Positions 28,368 to 40,600 of a stretch of 64,000 nt of DNA are shown piece after piece (within the stretch, counting starts at the first letter, position 1; each line of letters begins with the position of its first letter). The DNA is from Octopus bimaculoides. Lineage: Eukaryota. The DNA lies in NCBI RefSeq assembly GCF_001194135.2, contig NC_068983.1:159206202-159270201 (forward strand), written 5' to 3'. Position numbers and translations under genes: made by a program. A model generated the notes under the pieces. The model was not told the origin of the DNA, searched no databases, and was given only the letters and a program-made list of their open reading frames with translations.

Positions 28368-28580
28368 CTTTCTTTTCTTTTGTTGTTTCAGTCATTGGAC
28401 AGCAGGCATGCTGGGACAACACCGTGAAGGATTTAGTCGAGCAAATCGACCCAAATGCTTATTTTAAGTCTGGTTCGCATTCTCTTATTTTCTCTGTTTA
28501 TCGAACCGCTACAGTACGGGATATAACCGAGCCAATACAGGATACCAAGCAGTAGAGGGCCAAATACAAAGATCACACAC
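28368..28580 (-). mobile_element. SINE family B, 3' half
   Basis: ttgtttcagtcattg...catgctgggaca; reverse of the family B tail. Confidence 0.65.
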
Positions 28581-29271
28581 GCGTACGCGCGCGCACACAC
28601 ATACAGAGTGACCCATGCTCTGCGTCAGAACCCAACGTAAAAACTGACGAAATACCGCTAGGCATTTTATCCGGCGTGTTAACGATTCTACTATCTCACT
28701 ATCTTACAGATGTAATATATTAACGTTTGATGCTAGTTCTCTCGTGATCAGAGATGTATTAATGAGCGATAAAACTCGTCTGATGTTTTTTTTAGAAAAT
28801 CTATTACGTATTCCCAATGTCTAAGTGAACTGAGGTAACAAAGAATAAAAGTGTTTCACTTAGTGACACCAGAAAGCGCCTCCAACGGACCTGATTTCAT
28901 GATGTGGTCNNNNNNNNNNNNNNNNNNNNNNNNNNNNNNNNNNNNNNNNNNNNNNNNNNNNNNNNNNNNNNNNNNNNNNNNNNNNNNNNNNNNNNNNNNN
29001 NNNNNNNNNNNNNNNNNNNNNNNNNNNNNNNNNNNNNNNNNNNNNNNNNNNNNNNNNNNNNNNNNNNNNNNNNNNNNNNNNNNNNNNNNNNNNNNNNNNN
29101 NNNNNNNNNNNNNNNNNNNNNNNNNNNNNNNNNNNNNNNNNNNNNNNNNNNNNNNNNNNNNNNNNNNNNNNNNNNNNNNNNNNNNNNNNNNNNNNNNNNN
29201 NNNATATATATATATATATAAAGTATCACCTGAATTGTGAAGGTGTGTGGCTTAGTGGTTAGGAGGAAGGG

Positions 29272-29440
29272 ATTGCCGATTATATCGACTCCAGTACACA
29301 ACTGGTACTTATTTTATCGACCCCGAAAGGATGAAAGGTAAAGTCGATCTTGGCGGAATTTGAACTCAGAACGTAGCGACGGCTGAAATACTGCTAAGCA
29401 TTTCGCTCAGCGCACTGACAATTCTTCCAGCTCGACGCCC
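29272..29440 (-). mobile_element. SINE family A
   Basis: actggtacttattttatcgaccccgaaaggatgaaagg...ggcggaatttgaactcagaacg. Confidence 0.78.
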
Positions 29441-30296
29441 TCCTCACTGATTAAAAAAATTATTTATAATTAGTGCATGACCTGGTGTTTATTCTAAATT
29501 AAAATACATATTAGTTCTTAGCTGTTTTTATATCTATATGCTGGTTTTATATATACTAAACAGCAGGTAGGACATTTTTACAATCTACGTTGTGTGTATA
29601 GAATAATTCTAAGGAATTTAACATTTTTGTAATTGGGGCGCCCCAGAGGTCCTCTTGCGTACATTCTTCATTAATGACAAACGGTTCAACAACAAAATTA
29701 ATTCTAAAATGACTGTTAGAAAATAATCCTTTAACTACATTCTGAAATGATGAATTGGAGGAAACTGAACTGGATAGTGTCCGTGAGTCGTTTAGGTTTC
29801 TTGTGTATTGAGAGAAGATTCGAGTTAAAACAATGACAGATTGGTAGATAGCTACATTGTATTTCTTATTGTAAAGAAAGTAACTTATTAAAATTTAACA
29901 CAGAATAATGAATATTTATTATTAAGTCTTCTTCAGAGAAATTTAAAAATGGAGATTCAAGTTTTTCTTACCATTTTGTAATAAACTGCTTTTAAAAGAC
30001 GAAACTTTCTATTTTCTGAAGTGATAGTTTTATGTCTTTAACAACCTTGTTGAGGAATATGTATGTGTATGTACGCACATACACACACACATGCATGCAT
30101 ACATGCATACACACATATACACGCACACACACACACAGACACATATATATATGTACATACACACAGAGGGAGGGACAAAGCAAAGGAGATGAGGGAATTT
30201 GCGAATCAAATAGGAAGTTATGTTACAGACCGACAGATTTCACAAAATTATGATTTAATTAGAAATTACGCTTACAACACAAAAACAAAAACAGGT

Positions 30297-30401
30297 GAAA
30301 AAAAAAAAAAAAAAAAAAAANNNNNNNNNNNNNNNNNNNNNNNNNNNNNNNNNNNNNNNNNNNNNNNNNNNNNNNNNNNNNNNNNNNNNNNNNNNNNNNN
30401 N

Positions 30402-30433
<32 letters not shown>
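30297..30433. repeat. Poly(A) tract with an internal gap (poly-U in the cholinesterase intron)
   Basis: A-runs flank 81 N, starting about 40 nt downstream of the donor. Confidence 0.9.
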
Positions 30434-30435
<2 letters not shown>

Positions 30436-30469
30436 AATAAAATAACGATATGAGAACGTAATTTGCCGT

Positions 30470-30477
30470 ACTTACCC
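30470..30477 (-). other. 5' splice donor GG|GTAAGT (phase 2, within the Gly codon)
   Basis: Perfect GTAAGT consensus. The apparent ORF stop TAA lies inside the donor, and the protein would otherwise lack its C-terminal region. Confidence 0.88.
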
Positions 30478-32010
30478 AGTCTTTGCATAATTAGTCCAAA
30501 AACGCATCATTTTCTTACTCAATTCGACTTCATTGTCTAAAAAGTTTTTGCTACGATCCACGGGGGATCCGAAGATATATTCAATTTCTGCTGCGTGATA
30601 TGCACCAACCCATTTCGGCCATGGAGACTGCGATGGAATTTGAGTGAAGTAATAATAATAAACTTTTTCTCCCGCGTTCGAGTATGCTTCTGCCAATTGA
30701 TTCACTTGGCAGAGGAAATTATAGTCAGTAACTAATTGGTCAAGTTTATTTCTGTTAGATATTTTGTCATCGGGATTCTCCCAATTTGTATACTGGTATA
30801 AAACCGCATCTCGCCCGAAGGAGTTAAGTCTCGTTGGATATTGAGGGTAGTATTCAATCAACATATCCGAAAGTACACGAAATATTTCTTTGCTAATTAG
30901 AGCGTTGGTCTCTATATCAAAAATGTCTTTACGGAAATATGCAAGAAAATATGTTCCTTCGTTTTTATTAGATCCTACTAAAATAGGCACTCTTTTAAAA
31001 TTGTGTTTGGCTAATGATACTTCCGGAGCCTCAGTAAGGAATGCTCCATCAACGACTAATACGAAAGGGAATTGAGATATACCTTCAACGACATACCATA
31101 CATAGTCTGGAAAATCTTTGGCTGGTTGTGCTTTTAGACATTGATAAATATCCCAAGCTGTATCCACCGCAGAGCATTTGAATTTTTCAGCGAGTACCCT
31201 GGCTCGCCTGAAGGCCTCTTCTCTACTTATAACTGCCCACGGACATGTTAAACTTCCACTTTGTAAGATAGCTCTGTCAAACTTTGATCGACTGAGTGGA
31301 GAAACTAAATGAAAAGCGACACTTGCAGCACCGGCGCTTTCGCCAAATAATGTAACGTTTCTAGGATTTCCACCGAAATTTCTTATTTCACGTTGTATCC
31401 AGTCTAAACCCATGAGCTGATCAAACATTCCAGTATTCCCAGGCGCTTCGGGTATACCTAATGCAAGAAATCCTAAAACACTAACACGATATTGTATCGA
31501 AACTACAATCACATCATTTAAAAGAACTAAATATGATGGGTCATATATATCTAAAGTTGATGTACCACTGTAGAAGCCACCTCCATAGATCCAAACAAAC
31601 ACCGCTTTGTTCTTGATTGGTTTCTTTACCTTGGGAACATAAACGTTTAAATATAAGCAATCTTCTGAGCGAGGTGTATTGGCATGCCAAACATTTTCTC
31701 CAGAGAAGTTTTTGAAGATTTTGTCAAATCCCTGCATGCAGGAATTCGGTTTCACAGTTGCATTAAAAATCCCTGACCAAGGTTCATTGGGTTGTGGATG
31801 CCTAAAGCGAAGGTTTCCGAGTGGTGGCTTAGCGAATGGAATGCCATAATATACATCCACTTGCTTTCCATCTACATTTTTGCGAAAACCTCGCACTTTA
31901 CCTTTCGATGTGGTGACTATGGGATCTTGTGAAGCATCTGCCCTCATAAACAAACACAAAATGTAGACTCCGAGAACAAGCAGGAAGTCTGTATAGCGAC
32001 CTAAATCCAT
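30476..32010 (-). CDS. ache: Acetylcholinesterase-like cholinesterase, large first coding exon (511 codons + 2 nt; C-terminal exon(s) not found)
   Basis: ORF MDLGRYTDFLLVLGVYILCLFMRADA-SQDPIVTT has a hydrophobic signal peptide. Motifs seen: GIPFAKPP, SEDCLYLN, WIYGGGFYSG (oxyanion hole), FGESAG (Ser225, codon 31338-31336), NKNEG (Glu351), WVGAYHAAEI (His472, codon 30597-30595), choline-site Trp108, Cys pairs 91/118 and 279/291. Ends at ACT GG|GTAAGT donor. The AChE versus other cholinesterase paralogue assignment is not tested. Confidence 0.93.
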
Positions 32011-32090
32011 AATGGCGTCATCCAGATGCTGAGATGCTTTCCTGGCTTTTCTCACCTGCAAATAGAAAAAAACCAAAAAAGTACATTAGA
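32011..32090 (-). other. 3' splice site and 45-nt exonic leader of the cholinesterase exon
   Basis: Minus strand reads CTAAT (branch-point-like, 32089-32085), then gtacttttttggtttttttctatttgcAG|GTGAGAAAAGCC. The exon starts at 32055 and the ATG is at 32010. Confidence 0.8.
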
Positions 32091-32117
32091 TTAATGCCTT
32101 GAAATTCATTTGTTGTA

Positions 32118-32175
<58 letters not shown>

Positions 32176-32265
32176 CGCGCGTATATGCATGTGAAATATA
32201 TAAATAGAAAAAATGAATTTTGAATCTACCCATATACAAAATGTATATATTTACCGTATGAGTAG

Positions 32266-32331
<66 letters not shown>

Positions 32332-32617
32332 CTTCAATATATATATATATATATATACTCTGTGTAGTGGGTTGATCCACTACTCAGGAAGAGACTATTC
32401 TAGAGTACGTTAAGCTGTCTTGTCTTCGAAATGTCTAGATAGAATAGAGACAGCTGATGAAGGGATATTCCAAGTGGCTTTCCGTTTTCCTATGTGTTCG
32501 TTCCGTTGTCTGTAGTTTATTGTTCTAACGTCCTGTACCCTGATATGCATGTATATACACATGTAGATGTAAGTATGTACATATATGTGTGTATACATGT
32601 ATATATATTCTTTGTAT

Positions 32618-32649
<32 letters not shown>

Positions 32650-32755
32650 CGTGTGTGCATGTATACACACACACGCACATATATATACATATTAGATATA
32701 CACCCATATATCTAATATGAATATATATATGAATATGGGTGTCTTAGATATACAT

Positions 32756-32794
<39 letters not shown>

Positions 32795-32807
32795 ATCACC
32801 TGAATTG

Positions 32808-33105
32808 TGAAGGTGTGTGGCTTAGTGGTTAGGGTATTCGCGATCGTATGGTCGCAAGTTCGATTCCCGGCGGCGCGTTGTGTCCTTGAGCAAGACACTT
32901 TATTTTACCGTGCTCCAGTACTTGTATAGTACTTGTATTTCAAAGGGCCAGCTTTGTCACACTCTGTTTCAGGCTGAATCTCCATGAAAAATATGTAAAG
33001 GGGTACGCGTCAGTGGAGTGCTCAGCCATTTGCGCGTTAATCTCACGAGCAAGCTGTTTCTTTGATCGTATCAGCTGGGACCTTCGTCGTAACCGACGGA
33101 ATGCT
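32808..33105 (+). mobile_element. tRNA-derived SINE family D
   Basis: A box TGGCTTAGTGGTTAGG and B box GTTCGATTCCC. The 3' part (ttcaaagggccagc...gtggagtgctcagcc) is shared with family C. Confidence 0.75.
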
Positions 33106-34957
33106 CCTATCACCTGAATCAGGTACACCTACACGCAAATATCTGTTCAGCTCTTGGTCAACCCTGATAAGCAAAGTTAAGGTCAAAAATATTCCGGCTG
33201 CCGTAATGTAATCTTTTTGGTGGTATCCAGGATCATGCAATGTAATCATACTTTTAGTTTTTAGGATGGTAGGGTGTGATATCAATGTGATTTATCAATT
33301 ATTTCTTAGCATACTGTAGCAAACGTGTTCGTACATACATAGATACATACATACATACATACATACATACATACAAAAATATCCTGTTGTTGATGTTAAA
33401 ATCCTAATGAAGGAGCCTTGGATCTAGGTTAGAAACCGGATCTTTCTCTATTGGCAAGAAATCTTGAAATAAATTAAATAATGACATTCATACATACATA
33501 CACTCACATACACACACATGTGTATGTGTGCACTTGCGCATATGTACCAATATGTATTACAGTTATTAACATGGTAAGTGCCAAGAATCGGTAGAGAACC
33601 ATACCAAAAATATTTATTAACATCCCCTCACAATACAAGTTTTATTAATGCTGTAGTTCATCTTGCTTCGCATCCCTCTGAGATAGAATAACAGATATGG
33701 ACCGCTTCAAGAGACTACAAACCTCTTTCCTACAAATCTGTGGCCTTATGCCAAGTTAGAAATCAATATATTTATATGCATGGGTTTATCTGTGAGTTCA
33801 CATAGACATAAATTTATAACATGCAATTAAATGCAGTCTACACAAAGAAACAGGGGGCGCAAAATCAAATAAAAGATATTCAATAGGCGTAAAGTTCTCT
33901 GACATTCGACTAGAGATATATTAAACTGTGATGTTGTCGTGATCAGAATTATTGTATTACCTTTACATGTTGATTACATTGTTTTGCATATAGATAAATA
34001 TTTCATCCGTTGAAAGGCTTAATGTAATCAATATATTAATTGTATGTTACAAGCAGAGTGGAAACGGACACGAACATTCTGTTCCAAGCAGAAACTCATT
34101 ACTTTAAACAGTTTCTAATGTAAACAATAAACTTCACAACGATCGTTATCACAAAAGTGAAGGTTAAACGGCGCAATATTTAGGCAAAAGACATCCATTT
34201 GACTTTCTAAATTAGATTAAACATTCAAATCAAATGCCAAATCACTTTGTGCTTGAGTCGAGGAAAATGTTAGCTAACATATCATGAAATGTAAAGAGAG
34301 TGTTGTCATCTTGCGAAAAATTCCTCTTCCATGTTTCGCTTATACGAAGACAGTTTTATGTTATCTGCCGTGAGAATAAGTGTTCTCTACTTTCTCAGAA
34401 ATATAGACATAAAGATATATAACTTTTTGGCATGCTATATCAAAAACAAAATCTATAAACATTCCACTGGTTGTTGATTATTTATATATTTTACAAAGTG
34501 GATAATGAACATTATGTTCTTTCTTCGTGTGAGTATTATTTTCTGGCAGCACTATTTATTAGAATGCTTTATACAACAGTTATAAATCTCTCGACTGTTT
34601 TTGAGATTTGTTTGTATGTACTATATGAAAAACAATGTATAATATTCAACTTATTTTTCAAAGATGACCGTCGTTTTATCAGAGAGAAACTTCAGCAATG
34701 GCTTACTTTTGTTTTATTTATTTTATATTATATTGCAATTGGTGAATCACTGGTTCACAGAATTTCTAATGGCGATTCACAAGGGAGAGTCTGTGAGACG
34801 TTGCAGGATAAATATCACAAAAGTCTTTGCTCGAAGAGTACCAGTTTCTTAGATAACGATCGTGTGTACAGAAACGCGATAAGAATAAATGTACTCATTA
34901 ATACATACAGACATATATGGTCAAAAAATTTCCTCTAATACTATAACGAGAAAGAGA

Positions 34958-35039
<82 letters not shown>

Positions 35040-35045
35040 CGTCGT

Positions 35046-35396
35046 AGTACTCCGTCGGTTAGGACGGCGAGGGTTCCAGTTGATCCGATCAACGGAACAG
35101 CCTGCTCGTGGAATTAACGTGCAAGTGGCTGAGCACTCCACAAACACGTGTACCCTTAACGTAGTTCTCGGGAAGATTCAGCGTGACACAGAATGTGACA
35201 AGACTACAACAGAAACAGGAAGAAAGTGTGAGGAAGTTGGGGCGAAAGAGTACAACAGGGGTCACTGCTGGAGCCTCGTGGCGCTTCAGGTGTTTTCGCT
35301 CAATAAGCACACACAACGCCCGGTCTGGGAATCGAAACCGCGATCCTCCGACCGCGAGTCCGCTGCCCTAACCACCACTGGGCCATTGCGCCTCCA

Positions 35397-35397
<1 letters not shown>
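35046..35397 (-). mobile_element. tRNA-derived SINE family C
   Basis: Minus-strand head GGAGGCGCAATGGCCCAGTGG...GGTTTCGATTCCC; near-identical blocks at 59757-60227. Confidence 0.82.
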
Positions 35398-35435
<38 letters not shown>

Positions 35436-35704
35436 AATGTGCACATACAAATATGAAAATGACTCCTCACTGTAGGATGTTGCATCAGAGAACATCTTCA
35501 AGGGACATAAATGGACTTCTAGATACAGTATTAGTATTATATATGTGAATACTTGAGGTGTCGGATGGTGGGAGTGGTTATGCTCGGCGCCGGTTTACGT
35601 TTACTACCCAAGTAGAGTACAGCAGGATTTGAAGTATCGGAACAAATTCCACAAGGAATTCGAGACAACATTCCTACTGTTCTGTCATTCTTCTACCTTG
35701 GATT

Positions 35705-35845
35705 AATGCGTTTTTTTTTATCAATCCGAAAGGATGAATGGTAAAAAATGACCTTGGAGGGATTTGAACTCAGAGCGCAGACAGTCGGACCATATGTCGC
35801 GAGGAATTCTATTCAATGCTCTAACGACTTTGCCGAATAGTCGCT
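35705..35845 (-). mobile_element. SINE family A, diverged
   Basis: ccgaaaggatgaatgg...atttgaactcagag. Confidence 0.55.
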
Positions 35846-36091
35846 TAGACATTTTACCTTTATTCTGATTCCATTACCAAAATATAGCCCCACCACCACT
35901 GTACTTTCCGAAGTGAAAAAAAACCCCCTCTCATTAAGTAAACTTGCACGATTATGCATCTGCTGCTTTTAGAAAACAAAATTGTTTTGAAATTTAGTTA
36001 ATTCATAGATGTCACCCGCATCAAAAAGAATTAAGTTATCATATTTAATGTTAGGCGTATGAGAAAGCTAACTATAAATATCTTTTTATTT

Positions 36092-36452
36092 CTTTTTCTT
36101 TTTTACTTGTTTCAGTCATTTGACTGCGGCCATGCTAGAGCACCGCATTTAGCCGAACAAATCGCCCCAGGACTTCTTTGTAAACCTAGTACTTATTCTA
36201 TCGGTCTCTTTTGCCGAACTGCTAAGTTACGGGGACGTAAGCACACCAGCATCAAGCAATGTTGGGGAGACAAACACACACACACACATATATACAATGA
36301 ACTTCTTTCAGTTTCCGTCTACCAACTCCACTCACAAGGCTTTGGTCGGCCCGAATTTATAGTAGAAGACACTTGCCCAAGGTGCCACGCGGTGGGATTA
36401 AACACGGGACCATGTAGTTGGTAAGCAAACTACTTACCACACAGCCACTCCT
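36092..36452 (-). mobile_element. SINE family B, full length
   Basis: Complete reverse copy ending acttaccacacagccactcct. Confidence 0.82.
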
Positions 36453-37040
36453 AATACCAATGTGATGCTCATGTATTTTTCAAGCATTAGCAAGATTTAC
36501 ATTTCACGTACACTGCCACAGAAATATCTACGTTTTATTATCATTGGCATCAATGACTTATTTGTTACATTTCTCATCAGATTACGTATTTCAGGCCCTC
36601 AGCTGCTGATTGAGGTGTCAACTTAGGAAGTCTCTATGCGACAAGTCAAGTAAGCTGTTACTAATAGTAGCCAAGGAACCCTAAAAATCATACCTTATTG
36701 CCTTAAAAAAGGAAGGATGTATTTAATAAGGTAGTCTTAGCAACACTTTGCTTGAATTAAAGAGGAATAATCACAACTGAAACGATTAGGATTGAACTTG
36801 GACTACACAGGTTAGCAGAAGAACACCATAAACTTCACATAATCTCTTTTTTCAAAATCCTGTGTGGCCAATTAAATTAGTACTTGTAAAACTAGTTGTT
36901 TATATGCCTAGAAATCTGATGTCCTTTATTGATGCGGTACTGCTAATAAAATAAGATGATAATTAGTATACAAATGAATTAGAGTCATAACAGATTTTAG
37001 GAATCTCAGAGGAGGTCTCTCTTTCTCTCTCTCTGCTCTG

Positions 37041-37075
<35 letters not shown>

Positions 37076-38154
37076 GTGTGTGTATGTGTGTGTGTGTGTA
37101 TTTAACATTAGTTTATGTTGAAGATTCTTCAATTATCCATAAAACTTTGATTCTCTCAGTAATTAATTTCTGATTAAGCTAGGCATTTTCTTAGATTATA
37201 TAAGAACAGATTAAATCTGAAAACAAAAGACACAACAAAGTAGAAGCATCCGTTATTAGCTTTGTCTCCTGCGCTTATGTCTGAGTCATTATTTACATTT
37301 GATATATTCATATTTATCATTTAACTATTCACACATTTAGAATGGGCTTAATTGCGCTAGCTATCATCATTTACTTTCTTAAAAATAGCTTGTTTTTGAC
37401 AATCTGACTTTACTTACAACTTATCCTCATCCAGCAGGATCACATTTTTAAATCTCCAAGATTAACCACTTTGTCTCAATAACTGGATATTTTCATGGAG
37501 CTCTTATTTACATTTAGACAAAATAAATTTTCTTTTCGTAGATCCTACCCATTTTATCATTTGTTTTTAAATAGCAAGCTGTTCCAGAGGTTGTTTGCTT
37601 CAACGTAACGCTTCAAATTTTAAGAAGAAAGGAATAAGTTTCTAATTTAGACACAAAGCCAGTTATTGATTTGCGATTAGACACTAAAACAATTTTGCTT
37701 TTTTGTGGAGGCGGAATTAGTTGATGCCTTCGACTCTCGTACTAGACTGGCACTTATTTGATCGACCCTGAGTAGAAAGAAAAGATGACGGTCATATCGC
37801 AAAAGATTTAAGTATCTAGCCAGCTTTTGTGTAACGTCTGTAATGGTGTCATTTCTAGCCTCTTTCGAATAATTACTTTCTATATAAAATAATTATTAGA
37901 GATATAAATAACGTGTAAAAAATTGGTATCCCAAATTATAAATAATAAATATTTGTTTATCCTTAATACTGTAAAGCTTTCTTGACTAGCTATACATTAA
38001 CGTGTGTAGTAATGAACGAGCTAACCTATTGACTTGAAAGGAAAGTAAACATGATAGTATGAACGTTCATCAACATCTAATAATACTAGTAGCGTAATTA
38101 AATTTAATGGGTTGCAACGCTCAGTTCGTCTGGCAGTTATCTTTGGACTGCTGG

Positions 38155-38258
<104 letters not shown>

Positions 38259-39329
38259 ACACACACACATATATATAAAAGAAGCTTCATAAAATTAAGA
38301 TCCTCCTGGTTAGAACCTTAATTCTGTCGGTTACACCTCCATATGTATTGTTTTACAAAAGTAAATTTCTACAGATTTGGCCTTTTCTATCGTCTTTCAC
38401 CGAAGCATTTCTTTTATCTCTCTTTTAGCAATTTCTGTTATCTCCTTAATATTTCTATCGCGTTGTTCTTTATATGTTTTGAAGAAAAATCTTGCCATAA
38501 TAAACTTGTATCTTCATTTCTTAAACCTAAATACACTAGAAACATCTGTCTTTTCTCATCTCATCAGATTCATTGTTTTCTATCTCAAGATTTTGTACTT
38601 TGCACAATTTTACACTCTTCTTATATCTATCTGGATTTACCTTATCTATCTTTTTCCTGCAACCATTAATCAGCAATGAACCCTACGAAACATATTAATG
38701 ACATCTGTTTTTTTCCCTATCCCGACGGTTTAATGTACTCTTCACTACAGATGAACCTACAAAAGTAGCATGATTAGCGCGTGCACACGCAAGTATGTGT
38801 GCGTGCGTGCGTATATGTTGCGAGTGTGTGAGGTAGCGCGTGCGTCTGTACATGAATGTGGTTTATTTATGTGTTGCAGAATTTCTCCATGAGTGTGTAT
38901 TACTTGTATGTCATATGACAGTAAATCATTCGCCATCGAATCATTGCTTTATGTCTATTAGTAAACAAGTTTTATATTTTCATCTCCAAATGAAATTCGA
39001 ATAAAGAAGAGGATTAGTTCTTCCTAGAACTCAATTTCAACTGTTTGGAAACGTTTTGAACACATCGTGTCGCTGAGTTTAGTAGTAAAAATACTCTAGC
39101 CAATATCTCCGCGTTTTATATCAATGATTGGTATTGGTGAAACTAATAAGAAAACCTATCATTGCATAGCCAGGGTAAAGAAACTTATGAAGCAAACAAG
39201 CAAAACAGGGGAAAATGGAAACGGAGCAAGTCATTAATCTGAAAGTAGCTTTTCTAATAACTTTAGAGTTGTAACTACGCTGTAATAGGATCACGGTTGT
39301 GTTGAAGTGGTGCATTTAGTGTGTAATCA

Positions 39330-40600
39330 ACCATGAAAGCCATCAATATCACTTAAAAGATTTCCTGCAGTTACTGAAAGCATCAGCTTTCTAGAAGCTG
39401 AAGAATACAAGTAGAGCTTTAAATCAATGTGTTTTGAAAGTGATTTATCAACTCATTGACCTTTGACATTCGATAGGATTTTGACTAAGGAAAGCAATAT
39501 GATTTATTAAATAACTTTTCTTGTCAGCTCTGTAGCAATATTTTTGTTAAGCCTTTTAATGGAAACTCTTCTTGCTAATCTGTTATAAGAAATATACGAA
39601 GAAATCCTCTTGTCATTGAATCAAAGATTCGATTGAAATCGCTGTATATTATCATCACAGCGAAGATATGTTGTAGCTTTGATCGAAACTTCTCTGATAT
39701 TTCAACATATATCTTCAAACTCTTTGTCTGTTGTTGTTCCTAATGTTTATTATTCGTTGCTACAATGATGGGACTCGCTCTGAATTCCTTAAGAAACAGA
39801 TATATGGAATTAGGTGTAAAATAAGTTAGTGAAGAATATTTTAAAACAGTGAAGTTTAGTAACTGACGATGGAATACAAAGAGACGATGAACATTCGAGT
39901 GTTCAAGTTTAGAAAGAAGATTCGGGAAAAATAAAGGTAGAAGGAACCATTTTTCATATACGAAAGATCATATTCTGAAGAACACGAAAAATATTTGAGT
40001 TGGCATGATATAACAAAGGCTAGTTCACATAATTGGTGTTGAAAGTAGTTAAAATATATTAGTTGGTGAGAATCAGGCGGTTATCAAGATGGATTAGTTA
40101 CTTATTAATATATAAGGGAACTCTTATTCAAAGAGTATATATTCCTCTCTTAGACAGGTGTATAGTCTAAGACTTCGTAATAATCATCGTTTAACTACAC
40201 GCTTTTCTCTTATCTCTTATCCCTGTGACTACATTCATATTGCTCCACTTTTATCTCTGAAAGTATCAATTTCATTTGTCACTGAAAGTAACTAGAAACA
40301 GGTGCAATTACTGAGATAGAAAAGACTTATAAGATCAAATATAATAACAGGGGCTTCAGTTCAATAAGAAACGAAACAATGTATATTTGGAAGCTCATGA
40401 AACGTATTATTTGGAAGGACTCATCGTTTGATAAGCTTTGATGAATAGAAGATAAACTGAAGCAATAAATGTTTGGATTGGTTCTTTGAGAATATCCTTT
40501 GCTAATGACTTTATTTGATTGTTATTCGTTGAGAGCCCCAGTTAAAAGTAAGACCTCTTATATACTTAATTCAACAAAAGGAGAAGTTTTAAAAGACGAC
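39330..40600 (+). mobile_element. Possible highly decayed LINE remnant
   Basis: Only faint reverse-transcriptase-like traces (LIDL..TFDRI-like near 39450) and no open frame. Confidence 0.2.

Noticed and set aside
30297-30433. Poly(A) as a retrocopy tail
   Set aside because: It is on the wrong strand for the minus gene, and both ends of the exon have good splice sites.
32011-32076. ORF-track start MVFFYLQ at 32076
   Set aside because: It lies in the polypyrimidine tract. Met at 32010 gives a normal signal peptide, though an in-frame extension from an upstream exon cannot be excluded.
35330-35397. tRNA genes at SINE heads (also 125, 32808, 60160)
   Set aside because: Only the A/B boxes remain, and each continues into a SINE body with no full cloverleaf.
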